From: Candidatus Altimarinota bacterium
GTDB lineage: Bacteria; Patescibacteriota; Gracilibacteria; UBA1369
DNA length: 26,854 nt
NCBI GenBank assembly: GCA_041659405.1
Contig: JBAZYK010000015.1
Coordinates: 1 to 26,854 of the forward strand
Direction: 5' to 3'
Positions 15,012 to 24,090 of this stretch are shown piece by piece; within the stretch, counting starts at the first letter, position 1; each line of letters opens with the position of its first letter. Under the pieces are notes generated by a model, which was given only the letters and a program-made list of their open reading frames with translations, made no database searches and was not told where the DNA came from. Position numbers and translations under genes: made by a program.

Positions 15012-16721
15012 ATGGAAAAATCCTGCGCCCAATGTTCCACAAAGTTCGAAATCACTGAACAGGACTTAAAATTCTACGACACCATCTCACCTGTTTTCGC
15101 TGGGAAAAAATATCCCATTTCCCCACCGACTTTCTGCCCGGATTGCCGTCTTCAGCGCAGAATGAGCTGGCGCAACGAAAGATTTTTATACACCAGAAAA
15201 TGCGATAAATGTAAAAAAAATATCGTATCAGTGCACTCACAAAACAAGCCCTTTCCGGTTTATTGTAATAAATGCTGGTGGAGTGACGATTGGGACGTTC
15301 ATCAATATGGAAAATCTTTCGATTTTTCCCGCCCTTTTTTTGATCAACTCAGGGAACTCATGGACAAAGTTCCGCAACTGGCCATTCAAAACGACAATGG
15401 CACCGGAAGCGTAAATTCCGAGTTTTGCCAGGACGCCTCACACCTAAAAAACTGCTATCTTGTGGTTGGAACCTGGTACACCGAAGACAGTTTTTATTGC
15501 AGCATCAACTCTTCACACAACCGCAACATCTGTGACTGCATCAACATTTCCAAGTCCGAACTTTGTTATGAATCCATCGATTCACAGGGGCTTTATAATT
15601 GTGCCTTCGTGCAGAACTCCGAAAACTGCAGTGACTGTTTTTTTGGCTTTGATCTGAAAGGTTGCAAAAATTGTTTTGGCTGCATCGGCCTGCGTCAAAA
15701 ACAGTTTTACATTTTTAATAAACCCTACAGTGAAGAAGAATATAAAGAAAAAATCGCCACATATAAACTTGATTCATCTGAATCATTAGCCAAATTTAAG
15801 ACAGAATATTTTCAATGGATCATAAAATATCCACGCAAAAATATGAACCTGCAAAATTGCGAAAATAGCGAGGGAAACGATTTATTAAACTGCAAAAACA
15901 CCTACGGCTTTAGTCTTTTAAATTCCGAAAATTGCAAGTATTGCCATCAGGGCGATGAAAATAAATTCAGTTACGACATTTCCAACAGCGGCAGGCCGAA
16001 TTGGTGCTACGAAGGAATCACTCCGGACAATTCCTACATGAATCATTTTTCCTGGTTCTCATGGGCAAATAAATACCTGCTCTACTGCATAAACTGCCAC
16101 AGCAGTGAATATCTTTTCGGATGCGTATCGCTGCATCGAGGCAAATATTGCATCTTAAACAAACAATATACCAAAGAAGAGTACGAAGCGCTTGTGCCAA
16201 AAATCATCGAACACATGAAGAAAACCAGAGAATGGTCGGAATTTCCCGATACCAAATTTTCTTTTTTTGGCTACAACGAAACCGTCAGCAACGAATATTT
16301 CCCGCTAACCCAGGCAGAAGTCGAAAAAAGAGGCTGGCCATGGCAACCCAAAGCCCTTCGAGAATATGAACCTCAAACCTGCATAATTCCCGATTCCATC
16401 AAAGAAATCCCTCAAACTATCACCAAGGAAATATTAAGTTGCACAGACTGCCAAAAAAATTACAAAATCATTCCTCAAGAGTTGGTCTTCTATCAAAAAA
16501 TGGGGCTTCCCATACCCAAAAAATGCTCTAACTGCCGGCATCTTGATCGCCTCAAACGTCGCAATCCCTACAAACTCTGGCAAAGATCCTGCGCCAAATG
16601 CGCCAAACCAATCAAAACCAGCTACGCCCCAAATCGTCCGGCCACCGCCGCAGCGGGGTCCCCCGCTAAGCGGGGGAAAATCGTTTATTGTGAAGACTGT
16701 TATTTAAAAGAAATTTACTAG
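15012..16721 (+). CDS. large Cys-rich zinc-ribbon / Cys-ladder protein
   Basis: Numerous CxxC pairs (CAQCSTKF, CPDCRLQRR, CDKCKKN, CNKCWW, CTDCQKN, CSNCRHLDRLKRRNP, CAKCAKP, CEDC) flanking a central NC-rich repeat region. Confidence 0.75.
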   Translation: MEKSCAQCSTKFEITEQDLKFYDTISPVFAGKKYPISPPTFCPDCRLQRRMSWRNERFLYTRKCDKCKKNIVSVHSQNKPFPVYCNKCWWSDDWDVHQYGKSFDFSRPFFDQLRELMDKVPQLAIQNDNGTGSVNSEFCQDASHLKNCYLVVGTWYTEDSFYCSINSSHNRNICDCINISKSELCYESIDSQGLYNCAFVQNSENCSDCFFGFDLKGCKNCFGCIGLRQKQFYIFNKPYSEEEYKEKIATYKLDSSESLAKFKTEYFQWIIKYPRKNMNLQNCENSEGNDLLNCKNTYGFSLLNSENCKYCHQGDENKFSYDISNSGRPNWCYEGITPDNSYMNHFSWFSWANKYLLYCINCHSSEYLFGCVSLHRGKYCILNKQYTKEEYEALVPKIIEHMKKTREWSEFPDTKFSFFGYNETVSNEYFPLTQAEVEKRGWPWQPKALREYEPQTCIIPDSIKEIPQTITKEILSCTDCQKNYKIIPQELVFYQKMGLPIPKKCSNCRHLDRLKRRNPYKLWQRSCAKCAKPIKTSYAPNRPATAAAGSPAKRGKIVYCEDCYLKEIY

Positions 16722-16724
16722 AAT

Positions 16725-16752
16725 AGCCTCCAAGGAAGACTCGATGGAGGCT
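16725..16752. repeat. perfect 8-bp inverted repeat, 12-nt loop
   Basis: AGCCTCCA(16725-16732)/TGGAGGCT(16745-16752), just after the stop of the Cys-rich gene. Confidence 0.6.
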
Positions 16753-16763
16753 AAGAGACCATG

Positions 16764-16779
16764 TGGAATTACCAATCCA
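16764..16779 (+). repeat. inverted copy (16 nt) of the hairpin core in the tRNA-like element
   Basis: TGGAATTACCAATCCA is the exact reverse complement of 16886-16901. Confidence 0.85.
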
Positions 16780-16851
16780 CCTACATTTTATTACTTTAAA
16801 TGCTCAAGGGTCAATGTAATTTGATGCTACACATAATATGGTGCTAGCCCG

Positions 16852-16921
16852 TGGTGGAGATAAGGGGAATCGAACCCCTCGTGATTGGATTGGTAATTCC
16901 ATCACGGCACCTGCTATCCCC
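16852..16921 (-). ncRNA. tRNA-like element of 70 nt with encoded CCA; no canonical D-arm or anticodon arm
   Basis: Minus strand reads GGGGATA-GCAGGTGC-CGTGATGGAATTACCAATCCAATCACG-AGGGGTTCGATTCCCCT-TATCTCC-ACCA. The acceptor is 7 bp with one G-U, the T-arm is perfect, and the central hairpin is about 9 bp with a bulge. Confidence 0.5.
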
Positions 16922-17008
16922 ACCTTAGGCCAGCTGTGGACAATATAAAGAATATAGATTATAAAATTCTAAACAGATTCTGAAATTATGATGAAAAATC
17001 CGCCCACC

Positions 17009-17713
17009 CTAATCCCAACTTAAATGTGAATCCCCCGTTATCGGGATTTTTGGGCCTAAAAATTTTGGCAATGCGTAAAACTTAACATCAAAAAAAGCTT
17101 TTACGCGCGCAAAGCTTTCGCGAAAATTATTCATAAATTCAGATTGATACCGTTGTTTATCGGCAACGAATCCAACGGTATCAATCCCCATTGCATTGCC
17201 GATATAAACCGCACGTGGCAGATGAAAAGCTTGAGTAACAACAATCATACTTTTCACTTCAAAAACGTCGCGCGCCCTGTAAAAACTGTCATAAGTGTCA
17301 AACCCGGCATGATCCAAAAATATATCCTGCGCCAAAACACCATGATCAAGCAGATATTTTTTCATAGTATTCACTTCATCGTAAGTTTTTGTCCCATGAT
17401 CCCCGCTTAAAAGAATTTTCTGAGCCTTGCCAGCCTGATAAATTTCCAAAGCCGTTTGCACCCGATCCAGCAAAATACTGCTCATTTTATCGCCAACATA
17501 AACCTTTGCACCCAAAACCATTACCACAGGTTTTGCAGGAACTTTACCCAAATCCGAATAAATATAAGCGCCGGTTTGTTGAAACATCGAAAAATTAATA
17601 TCAATCCCAACAGCAAAAATCAGCACCATCGCAAACAAAACAAAAAAACAAAATTTATGTAACACGCAACGATCAATTTTTTTAATCCAATTTTTAATTT
17701 TCATGAATTTCAT
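17009..17713 (-). CDS. YdcF/SanA/ElyC-like DUF218 membrane-anchored protein
   Basis: VVMVLGAKVYVGDKMSSILLDRVQTALEIYQAGKAQKILLSGDHG..YDEVNTMKKYLLDHGV...IFLDHAGFDTYDSFYRA...VVTQAFHLPRAVYI. Confidence 0.85.
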   Translation of the reverse strand: MKFMKIKNWIKKIDRCVLHKFCFFVLFAMVLIFAVGIDINFSMFQQTGAYIYSDLGKVPAKPVVMVLGAKVYVGDKMSSILLDRVQTALEIYQAGKAQKILLSGDHGTKTYDEVNTMKKYLLDHGVLAQDIFLDHAGFDTYDSFYRARDVFEVKSMIVVTQAFHLPRAVYIGNAMGIDTVGFVADKQRYQSEFMNNFRESFARVKAFFDVKFYALPKFLGPKIPITGDSHLSWD

Positions 17714-17821
17714 AAAAATGGCCTCAATTAGCAAGATAATGCCAACGCATTCTACAAGAAACCTTGCTTTTCCGCAAAAAATCCTTTAAAAAGAGATACC
17801 AAAGAAACTCACCAAATCTCA

Positions 17822-19264
17822 ATGAAACCAGAACTTTTAATGCCTGCGGGCGACATGGAAAAACTTAAAACCGCTTTTATGTACGGTGCTGATGCCGTTT
17901 ATGCCGGCGTTCCCGTTTTTTCTCTGCGCGCGCGCGAAAATAAATTCAACATCAATAGCGTTAAAGAAGCCGTAGATTACGCCAAATCTCTCAACAAAAA
18001 AATCTACCTCACTTTAAATATTTTCCCACATAACTACAAAATCCCTGCACTTAAAAAAGCCCTAAGACCCCTTGCAGACCTTAAACCGGACGCTTTTATT
18101 GTGGCCGATCCCGGAGTTGTGATGCTTTGCCAGGAAATCGCTCCGGAAATTCCGATTCATCTTTCCGTGCAGGCCAATAACGTCAACTGGGCTTCCGCCA
18201 AATTTTGGCATAAGACTGGAGTTGAACGCATTATTTTATCGCGTGAAATTTCTCTAACCGAAATCAAAGAAATTCACGAAAAAAATCCCGGCCTGGAACT
18301 GGAATTTTTTGTTCATGGTTCGATTTGTATTGCTTATTCCGGACGTTGCCTGCTCTCCAGTTATTTTTCATATAGAGACGGTAACCAGGGAACTTGCTCG
18401 CACACCTGCCGCTGGGAATACAAAGTTTACAAGGCCCATGGCAAAGATGAAGTTGCCGAAAAAATCTGCACAACTCATCAAACTCCAATCCAAAATCACT
18501 TTCAAAAAACAGCAGAGCATGCCCCACTCACGGCAGAAATAGGCACTTCGTGCGTAGCCAAAGAATCCAACATTTCCTCCAACTACAAAAAACTCGACGG
18601 CGATTATTATTTGGAAGAAATGCAACGTCCGGGAAAGTTTTTTTCAATCGATGAAGACGAACACGGCACCTACATCATGAATTCCCGCGACCTTTGTTTG
18701 ATTGAATATCTTAAAGAATTAAAAGAAGCCGGCATTTGCAGCTTTAAAGTGGAAGGCCGCAATAAAACCGCCTACTACGCCGCTTCCGTCGCGCGAATTT
18801 ATCGCAAAGCCATCGACGAGTTGGAAGAAGGCAAACCCTTCAATCCGGAATATTTAAAGGAACTGGCAAAAACCTCCAATCGTGGCTTTATTCCAGGCTT
18901 TTTAATGAACAATCCATCCGAAAAAGCGCAAGATTACGAAAAAAATATTTCCCATCAAACTCATGAATTTGTGGGAGTAATCCGCGCAATTCAAGAAAAA
19001 AATGGCCATAAACTTTATGAAATGGAAGTAAAAGGCCGCGTTGATGCTCCGGAAAAAATTGAGATCATCACACCCAAAAATCAATACGAAACAACCATCA
19101 AATCTTTTAAAACCATGGACGGAAAAGAAGTTTTAACAATTCATCCCGGCCAAAAAGATCACGTTTTATTGGATCTGGAAGGCCTTACAAATGTGACAAA
19201 TCAGCCCGGCACAGATATTGGCGTTGGAACAATTTTACGAAAAGAACGAAAAGTAATACAATAA
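17822..19264 (+). CDS. peptidase U32 family protein (TrhP/YegQ/YrrO-like)
   Basis: MKPELLMPAGDMEKLKTAFMYGADAVYAG; ELEFFVHGSICIAYSGRCLLSSYFSYRDGNQGTCSHTCRWEY; EDEHGTYIMNSRDLCLIEYL. Confidence 0.9.
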   Translation: MKPELLMPAGDMEKLKTAFMYGADAVYAGVPVFSLRARENKFNINSVKEAVDYAKSLNKKIYLTLNIFPHNYKIPALKKALRPLADLKPDAFIVADPGVVMLCQEIAPEIPIHLSVQANNVNWASAKFWHKTGVERIILSREISLTEIKEIHEKNPGLELEFFVHGSICIAYSGRCLLSSYFSYRDGNQGTCSHTCRWEYKVYKAHGKDEVAEKICTTHQTPIQNHFQKTAEHAPLTAEIGTSCVAKESNISSNYKKLDGDYYLEEMQRPGKFFSIDEDEHGTYIMNSRDLCLIEYLKELKEAGICSFKVEGRNKTAYYAASVARIYRKAIDELEEGKPFNPEYLKELAKTSNRGFIPGFLMNNPSEKAQDYEKNISHQTHEFVGVIRAIQEKNGHKLYEMEVKGRVDAPEKIEIITPKNQYETTIKSFKTMDGKEVLTIHPGQKDHVLLDLEGLTNVTNQPGTDIGVGTILRKERKVIQ

Positions 19265-19296
19265 CCCCGGCTCGTTTGTATTCGTAATTACTTTTC

Positions 19297-19794
19297 ATGA
19301 AAAAAACTTGTTTGAAAGAACAGCACATTTGGAGTCTTTTACGTTTTGCCCTTGGTGGAATATTTCTTTGGCCATTTTTCGACAAACTTCTCGGCTTAGG
19401 ATTTTCCACAGCCGCAGATAAATCTTGGCTCGCAGGCGGATCACCAACTTACGGATTTTTAAAGATGGGCACGTCCGGACCACTTGCCGGTTTTTATCAA
19501 AGCATTGCCGGAAATCCAATCACAGACACACTTTTCATGCTCGCGCTTTTAATGATCGGCCTGGCTTTAATTTTGGGCATCGGCCTAAAAATCGCAGGAT
19601 ACAGCGGTGCGTTGCTTACATTATACATGTGGTCAGCAGTTTTACCTCCCAAACAAAATCCAATTTTAGATGAACATATTGTCTTCATGATCATCTTTAT
19701 GGCTTTCACTTTTGTAAAAGCCGGACAATGCTGGGGACTTGGAAAATGGTGGTCAAACACCAAACTCGTCAAAAAATTTCCTATTCTGGAATAA
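19297..19794 (+). CDS. DoxX/DoxD-like membrane protein
   Basis: RFALGGIFLWPFFDKLLGLGFSTA...GKAGQCWGLGKWW pattern in the C-terminal part (FTFVKAGQCWGLGKWW). Confidence 0.7.
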   Translation: MKKTCLKEQHIWSLLRFALGGIFLWPFFDKLLGLGFSTAADKSWLAGGSPTYGFLKMGTSGPLAGFYQSIAGNPITDTLFMLALLMIGLALILGIGLKIAGYSGALLTLYMWSAVLPPKQNPILDEHIVFMIIFMAFTFVKAGQCWGLGKWWSNTKLVKKFPILE

Positions 19795-19817
19795 TTATTT
19801 AGCATAACCCAAAAACC

Positions 19818-20258
19818 ATGATTACAAGAGCAAAAAACTGGGTCGTACAAAACGTTCTTTACATTGCCTGGACAATCGCATTGGTTGGCATGATCGCCAG
19901 CCTAATTTTTAGCGAAGTTATGAATCTTCCGCCATGTAATTTGTGCTGGTATCAAAGAATTTTGCTTTATCCGCTGGTACTAATTTTGCCCATCGGCATC
20001 ATCAAAAAAGATAAACTTCTACACCATTACGTTTTTCCTTTTTCGATTTTGGGCGCAATTGTCGCATTTTATCACACTCTGCTTCAGGCAAATATCATTC
20101 CGGAAAATCTTGCACCATGTTCATTTGGAATTTCCTGCGTAACAAAAACTATCAACTATTTTGGTTTTATTACCATTCCTTTGCTTTCATTCCTTGCCTT
20201 CGTCACTATTGGCGTCTGCATGTTTATTTATAAAAAATTAACTAAATCATCATCATGA
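19818..20258 (+). CDS. disulfide bond formation protein, DsbB/BdbC family
   Basis: PPCNLCWYQRILLYPLVLIL (CxxC-W-x-Q-R), second cysteine pair APCSFGISC, four TM segments. Confidence 0.88.
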   Translation: MITRAKNWVVQNVLYIAWTIALVGMIASLIFSEVMNLPPCNLCWYQRILLYPLVLILPIGIIKKDKLLHHYVFPFSILGAIVAFYHTLLQANIIPENLAPCSFGISCVTKTINYFGFITIPLLSFLAFVTIGVCMFIYKKLTKSSS

Positions 20259-20914
20259 AAATGAAAAAAGAAATCAAAAACCTTATCATCATCGCAATTG
20301 TCGGAATTGTTGTAATTGGCGGAATATTCGCCATGCTTAAAACTCCAACAAATTCACAAACCGTTGATCAAGCCCTATTGATCCATGAAGACAGCTATGA
20401 ACTACTCGAAGGAAAACCAATTAACGCAAAAGTAACGGTTGTTGAGTTTGGCGATTTTGAGTGTCCGGCTTGCGGATTTTCCCATGGCATCTTTAAGCAA
20501 ATTTTACTGGCTTATCCTGATCAAGTTAATCTTGTTTTTAGACATTATCCTCTTCCACAACACAAAACTGCTTTGATAGCGGCAGAGGCGGCGGAAGCAG
20601 CCGGTGAACAAGGCAAATTCTGGCAAATGTATGATTTACTCTATGAAAATCAGGAAAAATGGAGTGCGAAAGCTGAGGCTTTAGATATCTTCGCAGAATA
20701 TGCCAAGCAACTCAACCTGGATGTTGAAAAATTCAAAAAAGACATTCAAGATGAAAAATATAAAGAAAAAATCAAGCGTGATCAGGCCGATGGCGATAAA
20801 TTGATACTAACCGGTACCCCAACAATCTACATCAATGGCCAAAAATATACCGGCGGTTTAAGTTTCCAAGGCATTAAAAATGCAATTGAAGCTCAGCTCA
20901 ACCCAAAACCATAA
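20255..20914 (+). CDS. DsbA-family thiol-disulfide oxidoreductase
   Basis: VVEFGDFECPACGFSHGIFKQIL...FRHYPLPQHKTALIAAEAAEAAGEQGKFWQMYDLLYENQ...TGTPTIYING. Confidence 0.9.
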   Translation: MKMKKEIKNLIIIAIVGIVVIGGIFAMLKTPTNSQTVDQALLIHEDSYELLEGKPINAKVTVVEFGDFECPACGFSHGIFKQILLAYPDQVNLVFRHYPLPQHKTALIAAEAAEAAGEQGKFWQMYDLLYENQEKWSAKAEALDIFAEYAKQLNLDVEKFKKDIQDEKYKEKIKRDQADGDKLILTGTPTIYINGQKYTGGLSFQGIKNAIEAQLNPKP

Positions 20915-20961
20915 AGAATATAAAAAAAATATTAACTACTAATTATTAATTACTAATTAAA

Positions 20962-21921
20962 ATGAAAGCCTGCACCCTTAAATCCGCTTTCCAAAGCGAT
21001 TTTAAAGTTTCCATCATTGGCTGTGGAAATGTAGGAGCCACAACAGCTTACGCAATGTTGATGGACGGCAGCCCCACCGAACTTGTTTTGATTGATTACA
21101 ATAAAGATAAAGCCGAAGGTTTGCTTTTGGATTTTGAGCATTCGCTTTCATTTTTGCCTTATACCAAAATCATTGCGAGCAACGATTATGCCGCTTGCAA
21201 AGGATCACATTTGATTGTTATAACCGCAGGAGCAAAACAACAAGAAGGCGAAACTCGTCTACAATTAATCGACAAAAATCGCGCAATTTTTAAAGAGATG
21301 ATTCCGGCATTGGCAAAAATTGCCCCGGAAAGTATTTTAGTAATCGTCACCAATCCTGTTGATGTCTTAACTTACGAAGCACTGCAGCTTTCCGGCTTTC
21401 CGGAAAATCGTGTTTTTGGAACCGGCACAATGCTGGATACCGCCCGCCTGCGCTTTCATATTGGCGAAAAGCTCTGCCTTAACGCAAAAAGCGTTGAAGC
21501 GTACGTTTTAGGTGAACATGGCGACACTTCTTTTCCGGTTTTCAGTTCTGCTAATGTTGCCGGAAAACCACTTAATGACTTTGAAGGATTCACCAATAAA
21601 GTCGCCGAAGAATGTTATCAGGAAACCAAAAATGCCGCTTACAGAATTATTCATGATATGGGCTACACCTGTTATTCCATCGCGATAGTTGTACGTGAAA
21701 TAATGCGTAACGTCTTTGATCATTCACGCGTGGTTGTGCCACTTTCGGTTAAACTACATGATTACTATGGCGAAAATGACGTGGCGTTAAGCGTTCCCTG
21801 CGTCTTGGACAGCAATGGCATATCTGATGTTATAAACATTCCTCTTAACAAAATCGAACAAAAGAATTTGGCAAAATCCGCTGAAACTTTGCGTCAATAT
21901 CTGAAAAAAAGTCATGTCTAA
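20962..21921 (+). CDS. ldh: L-lactate dehydrogenase
   Basis: [18 protein letters not shown]; [18 protein letters not shown] (the Q marks LDH rather than MDH); [12 protein letters not shown]; [11 protein letters not shown]; [14 protein letters not shown]. Confidence 0.92.
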   Translation: MKACTLKSAFQSDFKVSIIGCGNVGATTAYAMLMDGSPTELVLIDYNKDKAEGLLLDFEHSLSFLPYTKIIASNDYAACKGSHLIVITAGAKQQEGETRLQLIDKNRAIFKEMIPALAKIAPESILVIVTNPVDVLTYEALQLSGFPENRVFGTGTMLDTARLRFHIGEKLCLNAKSVEAYVLGEHGDTSFPVFSSANVAGKPLNDFEGFTNKVAEECYQETKNAAYRIIHDMGYTCYSIAIVVREIMRNVFDHSRVVVPLSVKLHDYYGENDVALSVPCVLDSNGISDVINIPLNKIEQKNLAKSAETLRQYLKKSHV

Positions 21922-22822
21922 GCGATTACCGACAAAATCTTCCAGCCAAAATGTGCAAGACAAAAGCTTATTCGTAAGCGATATTTTTAGTTCCATTCAA
22001 GGCGAAGGAAAGAATCTTGGCAAACCTTCGCTATTTTTAAGACTCGGGATCTGCAACCTGCAATGCACCTGGTGCGACACGCCATACACCTGGAAAAAAG
22101 GCCAAACCGATTACAAACAACAAACAATTGAATCGATTTTTAAAAAATTATTAAACCTAAAAAAAGAATCCAATAACGAAAGAGTTCGCAGCTTAAAACC
22201 ACGCACATCTCTGGCTAAGCAGCCCTTTTTGCCACCCCACGGCATTCAAAATTTAGTTATCACCGGCGGAGAGCCATTGCTTCAACAAACATCGCTCACT
22301 CCCCTTCTTCAAGAAATTTTTCGATCAAAAGAATTTAATCAAAAAGAATTCAAAAAAACAAAAACGTCCAAAAACATCACAGTCGAATTCGAAACAAATG
22401 GCAGCATTCCGCTTCTTCCTGCGTTTAAAAAAGCTTTTAAAAAACAATTAGAGAATGGAACGATTTCATTTAATATTTCGCCAAAGCTTAAAGACAGCGG
22501 GAATAAGCCTTATAAATTGCAACTCTATCCAAACTCAATTCTAAAATTTGTTTATGTGGATAAAAATAGTGAAAAACTGATTCTGGATTTTCTAAAAAAA
22601 CACCAAGTCGAAATTGCAAAAAACTCCAAACAAAGCCGGGGCGCGCTCCAAAAACAGCATCCTCTCGCCAAAAATCCGCCAGTTTATATTATGGCCGAAG
22701 GCACAACCATCAAAGAAATGGAAAAGAAATATTCCGCTATCCTGAAATTCTGCATGGAAAATGGCTTTCAATTTACGCCAAGATGGCATATTTATCTTTT
22801 TGGTAACAAACGCGCAACTTAG
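21914..22822 (+). CDS. queE: 7-carboxy-7-deazaguanine synthase (radical SAM)
   Basis: [37 protein letters not shown] (CX3CX2C); [11 protein letters not shown]; TVEFETNG; [10 protein letters not shown]. Confidence 0.9.
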   Translation: MSKRLPTKSSSQNVQDKSLFVSDIFSSIQGEGKNLGKPSLFLRLGICNLQCTWCDTPYTWKKGQTDYKQQTIESIFKKLLNLKKESNNERVRSLKPRTSLAKQPFLPPHGIQNLVITGGEPLLQQTSLTPLLQEIFRSKEFNQKEFKKTKTSKNITVEFETNGSIPLLPAFKKAFKKQLENGTISFNISPKLKDSGNKPYKLQLYPNSILKFVYVDKNSEKLILDFLKKHQVEIAKNSKQSRGALQKQHPLAKNPPVYIMAEGTTIKEMEKKYSAILKFCMENGFQFTPRWHIYLFGNKRAT

Positions 22823-22898
22823 CCAAATGCGCAACTTAAAAGCGCACATCCAACAAACACTTTCAAACAGTCGCCTGAAAAACTAAAACGAACCTCTT

Positions 22899-23552
22899 AT
22901 GAAAATCCTCTTTATCCTTTCCGGCGGGCTTGATTCCACCACAGCGCTCTATCTTTTGCGTCAAAAACATGAAGTTGTGGAAACGGTGACCTTTGATTAT
23001 GGCCAGCGCCACGTCAAAGAAATCAAATCAGCGCAAACAATCAGCAAACTACTCAAAATTCCACACACAATCATCAACATTAAAAATCTGAATCAATTTT
23101 TGCAGGGCAGCTCTTTGACCAGCAAAAACATTAAAACTCCGCATGGGCATTACCAAAAATCCAACATGAAAAAGACCATCGTGCCAAACCGTAATGCCAT
23201 CATGATTAACATTGCAGCCGGATATGCAATTTCCAAAAAAATTCACGGACTTGGAGTGGGCGTTCATGCCGGCGACCATTATATTTATCCCGATTGCCGA
23301 CCGGAATTTATTGATTCACAAGCCAAAACTTTAAGTCTGGCCAACGAGTGCGATTTCAAAATTTTCACACCATTTATCAATCAAAATAAAGCAGCCATCG
23401 TCAAAAAAGGGCTTGCTCTGGGCGTTCCTTTTGAACTAACCTGGACCTGCTACGAAGGCGGCAAAAAGCCCTGCAACAAATGCGGCAGCTGCACGGAACG
23501 CCTGGAAGCCTTCAAGATCAACAAATTAACAGATCCGCTTTCAACAAATTAA
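22899..23552 (+). CDS. queC: 7-cyano-7-deazaguanine synthase
   Basis: [14 protein letters not shown]; [16 protein letters not shown]; [11 protein letters not shown]; [22 protein letters not shown]. Confidence 0.95.
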   Translation: MKILFILSGGLDSTTALYLLRQKHEVVETVTFDYGQRHVKEIKSAQTISKLLKIPHTIINIKNLNQFLQGSSLTSKNIKTPHGHYQKSNMKKTIVPNRNAIMINIAAGYAISKKIHGLGVGVHAGDHYIYPDCRPEFIDSQAKTLSLANECDFKIFTPFINQNKAAIVKKGLALGVPFELTWTCYEGGKKPCNKCGSCTERLEAFKINKLTDPLSTN

Positions 23553-23571
23553 CACACTTAACTTTCACATC

Positions 23572-24072
23572 ATGCCTTCAAAAAAATCCAACCAGAAAAT
23601 GTCTTTCAAGCATCTTGGCCATTCAACAGCTAAAAACGATTTTAACTTCACCCAACCCGAACCAAAAGTTTTGGAAAAGTTTGAAAATCAGCATCCGGAC
23701 AGTCTTTATGTCGTGAACCTTTTGTGCAACGAATTCACATCGCTCTGCCCAATTACCGGCCAGCCCGACTGGGCGACCATCACAATTCGTTATGTGCCAA
23801 ACAAACTTTGCGTGGAAAGCAAAAGTCTAAAACTTTATTTATTCAGTTTCAGAAATCACGGTGAATTTCATGAAGATGTCATTAATCGCATGACTAAGGA
23901 CTTATTCGCTCTGATGAATCCGCATTATCTGCAAATTTACGGAAAATTTCACGCCCGCGGCGGCATTGCCATTCACCCTTTTGTGGAAAAATGGAACAAA
24001 ATAAATCCGCAAGCCAAAGCCGAAATTCGCGAACTGCTAAAAAACAATCCCCAACTGGAAGCGCAATTTTAA
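23572..24072 (+). CDS. queF: preQ1 synthase (NADPH-dependent 7-cyano-7-deazaguanine reductase)
   Basis: [50 protein letters not shown]; [10 protein letters not shown]. Confidence 0.93.
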   Translation: MPSKKSNQKMSFKHLGHSTAKNDFNFTQPEPKVLEKFENQHPDSLYVVNLLCNEFTSLCPITGQPDWATITIRYVPNKLCVESKSLKLYLFSFRNHGEFHEDVINRMTKDLFALMNPHYLQIYGKFHARGGIAIHPFVEKWNKINPQAKAEIRELLKNNPQLEAQF

Positions 24073-24090
24073 TCATCTTAAAATTATTGC

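Noticed and set aside
16852-16921. Ordinary elongator tRNA on the minus strand
   Set aside because: T-arm and acceptor are perfect, but only 35 nt remain for everything between them. I could not build a D-stem or a 5-bp/7-nt anticodon arm, so it is reported as tRNA-like instead.
19497-19850. 117-aa minus-strand ORF opposite the DoxX-like gene
   Set aside because: Shadow ORF of a coding gene. The DoxX-like product on the plus strand is better supported.
22812-22850. preQ1 riboswitch upstream of queC
   Set aside because: There is a 10-bp direct repeat GCGCAACTTA (22812-22821, 22829-22838), a small TGCGC/GCGCA hairpin and an AAAAACTAA-like tail. The preQ1-I stem/loop consensus is absent and the repeat partly overlaps the queE end, so I cannot support a riboswitch.
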